Of a stretch of DNA of 64,000 nt, positions 45,890 to 54,430 are shown one piece after another (positions within the stretch are counted from its first letter, which is position 1; the number at the start of each line of letters is the position of its first letter). The position numbers and the translations under genes were made by a program. The DNA comes from an uncultured virus (IMG/VR IMGVR_UViG_3300025256_000001). Its lineage: Duplodnaviria > Heunggongvirae > Uroviricota > Caudoviricetes. The stretch lies in the IMG/VR virus record IMGVR_UViG_3300025256_000001. One strand, given 5' to 3'. The notes beneath the pieces were generated by a model. That model was not told the DNA's origin, did not search any database, and saw nothing but the letters and a program-made list of their open reading frames with translations.

Positions 45890-46352
45890 TTAAGTTGATA
45901 TTTTTTCTTCGCTAGGAGGAGCGGCTGGCCGAGGATGTCCGGAGGTCCATAGAACAAATCGTGAAGTAGCTGCATTATCTTTGGGATTTATGTTCAAGTC
46001 CTTTCGGATTTCCAGGAATAAAGTGGTTAGCAGCTGATCATGGCGGTCTGGACTTCGCTGCTTGTTTTTTTATGCTTATCTCTTCCCGATACGCTTGCAG
46101 TGCTTTGATGACACGTTGCGGGGCAATGAGATTTAGGTTGTTGCTTGTTATGGTAAAAGTTTGATGTCCCGTTGGAGTCTCATCGCCTTCTACGATGCCG
46201 CTGATACTTCGGACGAAATCCTTGTAATGTTCAAGCTTTTCTTTCCGAAGTTCCGATTCGCGCTCGCGTAATTTTGTAAAAAAGTAGGTTGCCGCTGTCA
46301 GTGCAACTGCTCCAGAGGCCGTAATTACGGCCGTCGCAATGTCGGCTGCCAT
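45890..46352 (-). pseudogene. Single-TM helical protein, probably frameshifted in an A7 run (46065-46071)
   Basis: Removing one A extends the ORF with RHDQLLTTLFLEIRKDL to a stop at 45890, matching the C-terminal pattern of the neighbouring gene. Confidence 0.55.
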
Positions 46353-46405
46353 TGTCGCTGCTCCCTCGGGTTTTTCGAAGTAAGAATTTAGGTTGGGCGG
46401 GTGAG

Positions 46406-46825
46406 TTACGCAGTGCTACGATCAACACCGAGGAGAATCGTCTGTAAATCGACTATTGCGACGTTTGATGAGATTGTGGAGTCGTTACGCATTACAGCAA
46501 CCATTTGTGTGAAAGCGGCTTGCTGTCCTTGGTTCCTCATCGTTGCTCCGAGTCGCTCAAAATGCGCAAATGCGGCGATTGCTTCAGGCGATCCATACAG
46601 GCAAATTCTGCATTTTGCATCCGCCGTCCGTGCGCCAAGTTCGTGATCATCACTCGACCTCATTTGATCGGGATTGGCGTGCTCGCTAACGCAATGTAAA
46701 TAGTCAGTGTACGCCTTGGTTCTAGCCTCTCGATGCACGCGCAGCCCATCTAAGTGGCGAGAAAAATAGTACTGGAGAGTTGCGCCTAAGATCACGCCTA
46801 GAAAGGAAAAGAATGCTGTTCCCAT
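46406..46825 (-). CDS. Single-TM helical protein
   Basis: MGTAFFSFLGVILGATLQYYF TM helix; resembles 46352-45890. Confidence 0.7.
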   Translation of the reverse strand: MGTAFFSFLGVILGATLQYYFSRHLDGLRVHREARTKAYTDYLHCVSEHANPDQMRSSDDHELGARTADAKCRICLYGSPEAIAAFAHFERLGATMRNQGQQAAFTQMVAVMRNDSTISSNVAIVDLQTILLGVDRSTA

Positions 46826-46913
46826 CTGAATTTTCCAATGTTTCTGTTTTGGTTTATTCCGGTTTTTTGGGCTGATGGTCTGCGAGCAGTGAGCAATTTT
46901 TTATGCTCGTGGC

Positions 46914-48296
46914 TCATTTTATTGTTTTTCGCCACATTGAAGCTCTTCCCCTGGTATCTGGAACTTGTTCAAGCTCTCCTGACTTTCTTAAAGCAACAAA
47001 TACGTCCTTCATTTGAACATCTCGACGTATCCCCGTAATTTCTCGTCCAATCGCGTTTGTTATCGTTTCATGTGTATCGAGGTAGTCCATGACGATTTGA
47101 GCTGGAGACGATAGTCGCTCATGCCAAATTTCAACTACTACAGAATTTTCCAGCTCTCGAATTTTTGGCTCCTTAAGCCTTATTTTGCGCATTGCCTCGA
47201 AAGCGCTATTTAATCCCTCGCCTACGTCCTGGTTCGGCGGCTCTGGAAACTTGTTAATCAGGCGAACGATTTTGGGGTTCCGGGCGAACTGGGAGTCAAG
47301 AATGTTATCTACGGTGACATGGCCGGGTAGCTTTCCCGGGCTCTCCACTTCAACCCTGTCGTCATAGATACGTATCTGTGCATCGACCGGTATGCTGTAG
47401 TCGCGATGAAGTACCGCATTCGTTATTACTTCGTGCAAGGTTATGTCCGGATATGAAATTGCCTCGAGACCGTTTTCGCCAAGCTTTTTCACCGACTCTA
47501 CGATGCGCTTTGTCTCCGATACTGCTTCTTTAATCAAGTCGTAGATTGGTCCCTCGATAGTGATTGGGGTAAACGCGAGCGTGTCGCGGTCAACGCCTTC
47601 TTCTCTGGTGCGGAACTGGAATAGCTTTACTGCGGAACGTTTCGGTAGTGCTGCCTGAGGCTGATCTGAGTAGAGCAAGGTGCCCGCAACGGTTGGCTTG
47701 TCGTTTGCGATAAGGAGCTGCGACCTTAGCCATTTTTCTGGATCTGCTGATGGGATTTCACTCAGCATAAATTCAATGATCGTGATTGAGTTACTTATTT
47801 CGTCAATTGGTATTGAGACGGTCTCGTCTTCAAATGAATTGATGCCTTTGTCTAAGCGAAGTTTTTGAAGCGCTTCTTCGCCTTGAACTGGAATTTTTTG
47901 AGCAGACTTCCGAATGTAAACGGTGCCGTTGCTGGCAGCTAAGATTTCTCTTGTCTTCCTCACCGTTATTTTTAGTACAAGGCCAGGAAGATCGTCGCAC
48001 TTCAGAAATTCAGCTCTGTAGTGATTTCCAAGTGGCGACATAGTCTCAATTGTTTGAATTATTGCGTTTGCCGCCTCTTCGTCAGCAAAGCCATCCCATT
48101 CCCTAGTTTTGATCGAATCGATGGTGGTTTCCTTTATCCCTATGAAGATTTCTCCACCCGATGCGTTTGCGAAAGCTGACACTGATTGCGTTAGTTTGGC
48201 AGGTGCGATTTCTTTGGCTTTTAGATCCCGAAAGTGGTTTTCTGCAAGGCCAAGAATTGAACCTGCTTCATCCTTTGAAATGGTAGTGAGTTCCAC
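46914..48296 (-). CDS. Schlafen/AlbA_2 domain + HATPase_c_4 + C-terminal wHTH protein, candidate defence factor
   Basis: ENHFRDLK..VSAFANASGGEIFIGIKE; HEVITNAVLHRDY..DDRVEVESPG..RNPKI..GEGL; GGAGG RBS before GTG. Confidence 0.85.
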   Translation of the reverse strand: MELTTISKDEAGSILGLAENHFRDLKAKEIAPAKLTQSVSAFANASGGEIFIGIKETTIDSIKTREWDGFADEEAANAIIQTIETMSPLGNHYRAEFLKCDDLPGLVLKITVRKTREILAASNGTVYIRKSAQKIPVQGEEALQKLRLDKGINSFEDETVSIPIDEISNSITIIEFMLSEIPSADPEKWLRSQLLIANDKPTVAGTLLYSDQPQAALPKRSAVKLFQFRTREEGVDRDTLAFTPITIEGPIYDLIKEAVSETKRIVESVKKLGENGLEAISYPDITLHEVITNAVLHRDYSIPVDAQIRIYDDRVEVESPGKLPGHVTVDNILDSQFARNPKIVRLINKFPEPPNQDVGEGLNSAFEAMRKIRLKEPKIRELENSVVVEIWHERLSSPAQIVMDYLDTHETITNAIGREITGIRRDVQMKDVFVALRKSGELEQVPDTRGRASMWRKTIK

Positions 48297-48507
48297 GCAA
48301 TTGCCTCCCTGTTTAGCCGCCAAATATCGCGGCATGGATAAGTGATTTCGTGCTGGCCCCTGCTGGTAGGCGAACATTTCGCCGCCTCGGACGAAATTTA
48401 TTTGCTGCTCCTCTGGGTAACAAGCGGGGCCGGGGGCATGGCATGTGGAGAACATTGAATTTCGTTAAGCAATGACCAAATGAGGTTGTTTGCGCCCGGC
48501 GCGCGCG

Positions 48508-48526
48508 GTCGTCCCCCCTCCTCGCC
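48508..48526 (-). other. P2-type cos site (19 nt)
   Basis: Minus strand GGCGAGGAGGGGGGACGAC followed by CGCGCGC, similar to the recalled P2 cos GGCGAGGCGGGGAAAGCAC; lies beyond the portal gene. Confidence 0.7.
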
Positions 48527-48666
48527 TGCGCGCTTCCCCCCTCGCTTTCGACGCAGGTGACGCAAGACCGAAAACGAGGCCATGGCGAGCCCCAATAGGG
48601 TCCGGTACAGGCGCCCCGGTGACGCGGTTTGACGCATCAGAGGACGGGGCGCTTCGAGTCTTGGGC

Positions 48667-49548
48667 CTAGTGCCATGCGGCGTCGGCAGCTTCGATGTGC
48701 GTGCCGAGGTCGCGCATCAGGCTACCCAGGAGCGTAATGGCCTGACGAGGCTCCATGGCATTTTTCCGCAGCGCCTCTCCCACGCCTGCCAGCGCATGGG
48801 CGGTATCGCCGATACGCAGGGCGATGTCGCTGCACTTATCGGCCAGCTCATGCCGGTTTTGAGAGAAGACGATATCGGGTGTGGCGCTGACGGGGCCGGT
48901 GAGGCGCAGCGGCGTTGCATCCGCCCTATGCTGGCGGCGGCCATCGTCGCGGAAGACCCAGCACTTCGGGATGCGCCGGCCACGGGAAAACATATCCTCG
49001 CGACCGATGAAGGGGTATTGCAGCGAGGTTTTGAGCAGGCGACTTAGCTTGGAACGTTCGGCGATGGGAAGACCACGTCGCCACGCGGCAAGGATCAGGG
49101 TCGTCAGGTGGATCGCGATCAATCCCTGGTTGTCGGAATAGTTCACGCGCTCCCCGCGTTCGATGAGTTCCTCGTAGGTGTCCCAGAACTGGGCGACGAT
49201 CGGGTGCTCGTCCGCGCGGATGGGGGAGGGCGGCTGGCCCGTGACCAGGGCATCAAACGCGCGGATCACGGCCAGGTGGAATTTCGGACTGACCCACATG
49301 GCATAGGCATAGACCAGTTCCTTGGTGACATAGGTGCCGGGGGAGGCACCGCCATGAACCAAGGCCACCGGAGCAAACGCCATTTCTGGCGTTTGCTCAG
49401 CGACCAAGGCTTGAAAGCCTTCGGTGCGGGTATAGCGGTTCGGACTGTGGCGCGCTTCGCCACCTGCGACACGATGCAAGTCATTGAGGCAGAAGCGACC
49501 GGCGCTATCGCGGCGGATCGTGGTCTTAAGGATGGTGAGTTCCTGCAA
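48667..49548 (-). CDS. KilA-N domain protein fused to a Rep C-terminal-like domain
   Basis: IRRDSAGRFCLNDLH..GTYVTKELVYAYAMWVSPKFHLAVIRAFD; then HPIVAQFW..KCWVF; TTG start with GGAGG RBS. Confidence 0.85.
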   Translation of the reverse strand: MQELTILKTTIRRDSAGRFCLNDLHRVAGGEARHSPNRYTRTEGFQALVAEQTPEMAFAPVALVHGGASPGTYVTKELVYAYAMWVSPKFHLAVIRAFDALVTGQPPSPIRADEHPIVAQFWDTYEELIERGERVNYSDNQGLIAIHLTTLILAAWRRGLPIAERSKLSRLLKTSLQYPFIGREDMFSRGRRIPKCWVFRDDGRRQHRADATPLRLTGPVSATPDIVFSQNRHELADKCSDIALRIGDTAHALAGVGEALRKNAMEPRQAITLLGSLMRDLGTHIEAADAAWH

Positions 49549-49639
49549 GGGTGTCCTCCATACGGGATAAAGAGCCAGTAAGCCGAAATGACGCCAAGGA
49601 TGGTCCCGAGGGGAGACCATCGCCGGATTCGATTTTGGA

Positions 49640-49925
49640 AAAGGTGATTTTGGTGACCATGTTGCCGAAAGGCAATCTAAGTCTTTGTTTTAATTTTTAA
49701 AATCGGGTTACGGAAAAAGGTAATCTCAAGGTAATAAAAATTACCCTTCTCCGTAAGTGCTTGAATGTAAAGGAAACGGTGGAAGGAAAAAATTACCTTC
49801 CAGAAAGGTAATCGAATTACCTCAAATTACCTTTGGATTACCTTTTTCCGATCTCGCCTAAATCGTTGATTGAGCGAAAGAAATGGGATATTTTGCCGGT
49901 GTGGTTACCAAAATTACCTTTTTCC
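49640..49925. repeat. Iteron-like cluster, candidate replication origin
   Basis: Nine exact GGTAAT/ATTACC copies in both orientations plus variants, AT-rich, IHF consensus TAAATCGTTGATT at 49859-49871. Confidence 0.7.
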
Positions 49926-50194
49926 GACGATGCCAAACATTGGGGCCTATATAGAGGTGGTCCGTCGCTATCGTTCCTGGCTGTCTGCAGTTCCACCTTC
50001 TCCATCGTTGCGACCACCTCGTCCAACTGTGCGTGGATGGCGCGCGTTTGCGTGGTCATCAGCGTGTACAGGTGGTCGGCGTCGACCATGCCGGCGCGCA
50101 GTCCTGCAACCATGCCGGCAGCCAGGCTTTCCAAGGCCGCGACGTGCTGCTGGGCGTGGACGATCAACGTGAGAAGTGTTGCTGCTGTAGTCAT
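49838..50194 (-). CDS. Helical hypothetical protein resembling 12600-12863
   Basis: AAGMVAGLRAGMVDADHLYTLM versus AAGLSAALAHGMIDHGDVYELL. Confidence 0.55.
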   Translation of the reverse strand: MTTAATLLTLIVHAQQHVAALESLAAGMVAGLRAGMVDADHLYTLMTTQTRAIHAQLDEVVATMEKVELQTARNDSDGPPLYRPQCLASSEKGNFGNHTGKISHFFRSINDLGEIGKR

Positions 50195-50384
50195 TCCGGT
50201 TATTCCCTTCTGTTCCTCCGGATAACATCGTGGCCCACAATGACTAACGCAAGTTTTTTCGTTGGTAGTTTGTGGAGCGAAGTGGATCAACAGTGGCACG
50301 TGATTGCCTCGGCTAAGCTGGTACCAGTTCCTTGAGGGTGGGCAATTCGTTTGCCCATTCGGACGACCGGGGAGGAGAACTGAT

Positions 50385-50744
50385 ATGTCGCCAATGCACG
50401 CTTGGCTCAATCATATTTTCGGTGACCCTACCGTAGCCTTGGTGGTCGGCCTGATGGGTGGTGGGCTGATCGGTTATGCAATTAGCTGGTGGTTTGCGCG
50501 AAGCAGCAGCAAGGAACTGCGCAACCAGGTCAAGACGCTGCGCGCGCATGTTGAACTGCCGGCTCGTATGCTTGAAGCACAAGGGCAAGGTCAAAAAGTG
50601 ACACTGAATCGAAACGAGGAAGGGGAGGTTACCGGCTTGGTGCATCACGCGAGTCTGCGCGATGAAATTCAGAGCAGTGTGCAGATACTCGGTGCCACCC
50701 TGACAACGGTGAAGCCCGAGGACTCGCCACCGAGACCGAAATGA
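50385..50744 (+). CDS. Single-TM membrane protein
   Basis: GGAGGAG RBS; VALVVGLMGGGLIGYAISWWF. Confidence 0.6.
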   Translation: MSPMHAWLNHIFGDPTVALVVGLMGGGLIGYAISWWFARSSSKELRNQVKTLRAHVELPARMLEAQGQGQKVTLNRNEEGEVTGLVHHASLRDEIQSSVQILGATLTTVKPEDSPPRPK

Positions 50745-50804
50745 AGCTGTTCTTGATCAAGCGCCGTATCACGCGGCGGTGTTGCCTTAACTGCTTATCG
50801 AAGA

Positions 50805-51110
50805 TCAATACTGTCGTGCGATGAACTGGTCGATATGCGTGTCCTCTGTCATCGCCGCTAAAGCAGCTTCATCATCGATGCCCACGTGGGGCATCGGTTC
50901 CAACAAACCGGTGACGTCATACACAGACAGCTCTAGCCAATCGAGCTCATCTCCGCGTGGTGCCCCACTCACAGAGCGTTGAAACGGCCCGAGTGTTCCC
51001 CATGCGTCGGCTTCCCTGGTTGCTCGGTTACACGCATCCACTGGGTTTGTGGCGTGGCCTACGAAGACAACGAAACCGGCGGCGTCACAGATTACTCCAT
51101 ATGTACGCAT
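50805..51110 (-). CDS. Small acidic hypothetical protein
   Basis: AAGAGG RBS before MRTYGVIC. Confidence 0.5.
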   Translation of the reverse strand: MRTYGVICDAAGFVVFVGHATNPVDACNRATREADAWGTLGPFQRSVSGAPRGDELDWLELSVYDVTGLLEPMPHVGIDDEAALAAMTEDTHIDQFIARQY

Positions 51111-51252
51111 GGATTTTCCTCTTATTTGGTTCTTAGAAAAACTAGACCGTCGACGTGCTTCAAGCTGTATACCCAGATACTTGGTCACGCAGGCTGCGGA
51201 ATGCTTTGTTGGTTTCTTTAGCAGGCCTCCGTCGCTGCCCCATGGCTTGCAC

Positions 51253-51741
51253 TCAAGCCATCCAATGCGTATTTCTTCTCGGTGGGGCTGGGCGTTCAAC
51301 GACCTCACCTGTCTTAAATTGCTGCTTACACATTGGGCAGTCGATGGTGATGGTTCCGTACTTTCGATTTTTCTGCAGAACAGCCTTCTTGCCGCTGTCA
51401 AAGCATGGCTGACATAAATAATGCTGTGGCTCGCCAGATGCTTCAGACGCTCGATATACGAAAACACCTGGCGAAAGCTGAAATAATGCATAGCGACCGC
51501 GCTCGGCCAGTGCTTCGTTGAGCTTGCGAATTTCTTCACAAGCTTCGAAGTATTTGCCTTGCAGCTCCGCAAATTGGGCATTGTGTGTGAACAGGTTGTC
51601 CTGTGCTTTTAAGAGCTGACCGTTCATCTCCGATATGATCGAAGCGACCTTATTGAAGTCGCGAAGGCCGATCATCGCTTCGCCAAGTTGCTTAGCATGG
51701 GAAAGTGCGGTGAATGCTGTGCTTATGGAGGCGTAGTCCAT
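51253..51741 (-). CDS. Coiled-coil + zinc-ribbon hypothetical phage protein
   Basis: HYLCQPCFD..LQ..CPMCK. Confidence 0.7.
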   Translation of the reverse strand: MDYASISTAFTALSHAKQLGEAMIGLRDFNKVASIISEMNGQLLKAQDNLFTHNAQFAELQGKYFEACEEIRKLNEALAERGRYALFQLSPGVFVYRASEASGEPQHYLCQPCFDSGKKAVLQKNRKYGTITIDCPMCKQQFKTGEVVERPAPPRRNTHWMA

Positions 51742-51968
51742 GGGTGTTCCTGCATGTGGTCACTTTGGCCTAAATAGCATATCGCTCACGCTTTAGGGGC
51801 GTAATAGGGGCGGGATTCCTCGGCCCTTGCCGGGCGCGAAAAGAATCTTCCACTCGTGCCCGGTGTCGCATACTCGACAGAACGGCTGCGCCGCATAGTC
51901 GACGCGGAATAAACCAAGTCATCGCTCCAGAAGTGGCTTGCGTCGCCGATAAGAAGTCATCTGCCCGA

Positions 51969-52339
51969 ATGGATACGCTCGTGAACGTGAAATCCCGCAA
52001 TGCTCGCCTCGATATGCTCAAAGACGGGTTGGACCTGGTCAGAAATTACGGCTTCGGGTTGACGGTGCTCAGTTTGTCCTATGCAGTGGGATATGACCAT
52101 TGGCAGTTAGGCCGCGTCGGACCGAAACTCGTGTCGGTTTTGGGAACCCTAATTGCAGTTTTCTATATTGGGGCACCCTTTTCCACTTCTGTGCTAAGCA
52201 CTGGCCCGAAGGACGGTTGGCGCAAGCACTCTGGTTGGTTTTCATCTCTTTCACGCTGGTCTTTGGTGGCGAGTTTTGCATCATCATCGTCACCAGATAC
52301 CAGGAATGGGTCCATGTGAAATCTGCGGTCAGCCATTGA
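51969..52339 (+). pseudogene. Possible frameshifted multi-TM membrane protein
   Basis: Two hydrophobic segments in one frame and a third in the overlapping frame, switching near 52165-52185. Confidence 0.35.
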
Positions 52340-52520
52340 TATGACGAACTGCATTGTTGTGGTGCCTTGGAAAACCCCGGCGTACTGGAAGTGGCTCTCT
52401 GATAGCTGCTGGAATCGGTGCATAAAATTCCCGCGTAACCTATTGATAAAAGGAAGCGCGCGAACCCAATTTGTATAAATTGGCGCAAGCTAACTATTTG
52501 ATTTTTCGACTAAATTTATC

Positions 52521-52603
52521 TGACTGTTAATCAGGGGGTCGTTGGTTCGAGTCCAACTTCGGGCGCCAGATATATCAAGGGCTTGCGAGCTTCGCAGGCC
52601 CTT
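52521..52603 (+). repeat. att core copy 2 with tRNA-Asn 3' fragment (52521-52568)
   Basis: Identical to 8080-8162; no tRNA 5' half upstream. Confidence 0.95.
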
Positions 52604-53765
52604 ATTTTTTGTCCTTGCGTAAATCGTTGCGTAAATCAACCGGCTTTCCTGCCGCAGGGACGACTGGCACTTCATGGTCGTATAGATGGACCATCGAGTC
52701 CTCAACGTGACCGCTTGCCTGCTTCTTGTCCGCCCAATTGCCGGGCGTGTCGGTGACGCCGCGATGCTTCAAACCATGCAGCCCGAAACGTTCCTCGCTG
52801 TTGATCACACCGGCTTCGATGGCAACGGCCATTGCACGGCGCCACGCGCTGTTCAGGGCCGACTTGCTCAGCGCCGCACCGTCTTCGCTCACAACAAGCG
52901 GACGTAGCGCACGCGCGCGCAGCGCAGGTTTCTTCAGCCATATTTGCGCACGGCGAGCGACAAGCCAGCTCCACGCCTCCCGCAGCTCCGGGCACCATTC
53001 GGTAACGTTGTCACGGCTTCCCTTGACTCGATTGACGCGTACGCCATCATCCGTCGCGTTGGTATCCGTCAGCTTGCGCACCTCAACACCACGCATGCGG
53101 CAGCGATAGGCAATCTCTGCCACGGCCCACACGTAGGGTGCTACCGAACCCTTGCGCCGGCTTGGCATCGCACCACGCTCGCGTAGAAGCTTGATGACGG
53201 CGCGCGATACATCGTGTTCCGGCATGCGGTGGTCGGCCTTCTCCTTCACCTGCTTGACGCCGGCGGCCGGATTGCCTTTGCAATGGTCGCGCTCATCACC
53301 CCAGCCGAACACCACGGACAAATAGCGCTTTACATGGTTTGCCTTCGACGGATGCGTTTTTGCGATGTCATCCATCAAGCGACGTATGAGCGGCTTTGTT
53401 ATCTTCCTTCGGTCCAGCTCAGCAAACGAAATGCCGATCTTTGTTTTGTAGTTCTGCAGCGAAAGGCGGCAATAGTCGTAGTCGTCACGCGTAGCTTGTG
53501 AAAGCGATTTGTATTCCAGTGACTCAGAGAACATGCCGCAAAGCCAATCAAGCGAGCGCGTGTCGATGCCGCGTGTTTGCTCCATCTCGCTATGCAACTC
53601 CGACAGCAACGCTTCGGCTCCGGCAATGCGCTGTCGGTGAGGTTTAGGCTCGCGGATGATCGTGTACCAGTAATGATCGCGATTGTCCCAGTAAATGCCA
53701 ACAGGCAACTTGCGCTGGTCGATGTGCTTGGGAATGGATGGGTTGTGCTTACGCTGGCGAGGCAT
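52602..53765 (-). CDS. int: Tyrosine integrase, homologous to 8196-9380
   Basis: AYRCRMR, RVKGSRDNVT, FGLHGLKHRG, ASGH, YDH. Confidence 0.92.
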   Translation of the reverse strand: MPRQRKHNPSIPKHIDQRKLPVGIYWDNRDHYWYTIIREPKPHRQRIAGAEALLSELHSEMEQTRGIDTRSLDWLCGMFSESLEYKSLSQATRDDYDYCRLSLQNYKTKIGISFAELDRRKITKPLIRRLMDDIAKTHPSKANHVKRYLSVVFGWGDERDHCKGNPAAGVKQVKEKADHRMPEHDVSRAVIKLLRERGAMPSRRKGSVAPYVWAVAEIAYRCRMRGVEVRKLTDTNATDDGVRVNRVKGSRDNVTEWCPELREAWSWLVARRAQIWLKKPALRARALRPLVVSEDGAALSKSALNSAWRRAMAVAIEAGVINSEERFGLHGLKHRGVTDTPGNWADKKQASGHVEDSMVHLYDHEVPVVPAAGKPVDLRNDLRKDKK

Positions 53766-53767
53766 CG

Positions 53768-53986
53768 TTAAATCACGTCGTCCGGGCTGTACGTGTCATC
53801 GTTGGCCGACTCCGAGCCAACACATAAGGCTTGGTTGACGGCTTGCAGAGTCGTCCATGGGCCGTCCTTGCCATCTCGCACCCTGATGCCTTGCGAGCTT
53901 GCCCAGCGGCGCACTGCGGCTGCGGTGCGCTTGCCTGATAGGGTTCGAAGCTGTTGAGCGTCGACAATGTGCGGATTTGGTGTCAT
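53768..53986 (-). CDS. Putative excisionase (DUF4224-like)
   Basis: HIVDAQQLRTLSGKRTAAAVRRWA, close to 9377-9589. Confidence 0.65.
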   Translation of the reverse strand: MTPNPHIVDAQQLRTLSGKRTAAAVRRWASSQGIRVRDGKDGPWTTLQAVNQALCVGSESANDDTYSPDDVI

Positions 53987-54205
53987 CTCAAGCTGCCTCG
54001 TCTAGTCCCATGCGTCGCTGCATGTCCTCGGCCGTCCACTTCCCATAGATGCACCATCCGCCGCCGCGGCGATGCGGATAGTGGTAGCCGCTGCAATTGC
54101 ATGTATTGATGCACGGCAGGCGCCCTGGCCGCGCCCGAAGCGTTCGCCGCCGCGTGCAATTTGTGCGATGACATTTGCAGTTAAGTTGCTGCATCGCGTT
54201 GACCC

Positions 54206-54430
54206 TCAGAACGGAATCTGCTCGTCCCACGCTTCACAGCCTTTAAGCTGCTCGCTTTCCGGTACCGTCGCTTTCCAGTGATCGCAAAAGCCACTCTGGA
54301 ACATTAGGCATTCGGCGCACGGAGTCAGGTCTGGCATGCTTTCCAGAGCTTTCACTACCGCTCGCGCTGCTTTCAGATATCGAGCCTTCTGCACTTTGTT
54401 TGGCAGCGGCTTCATGTCCTGCAAACTCAT
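54206..54430 (-). CDS. Small Cys-containing protein overlapping the helicase 3' end
   Basis: CAEC..FCDHW..VP..GCEAWDEQIPF. Confidence 0.55.
   Translation of the reverse strand: MSLQDMKPLPNKVQKARYLKAARAVVKALESMPDLTPCAECLMFQSGFCDHWKATVPESEQLKGCEAWDEQIPF

Larger units (their letters stand above)
8080..52603. mobile_element. P2-like (Peduoviridae) prophage, apparently complete, ~44.4 kb
   Basis: Flanked by 83-bp direct repeats; int, rep, ogr, repressor, canonical P2 tail, lysis and head gene order, cos. Confidence 0.95.

Noticed and set aside
49640..49925. CRISPR array
   Set aside because: Repeats are 6-9 bp, in both orientations, without regular spacers; no cas operon
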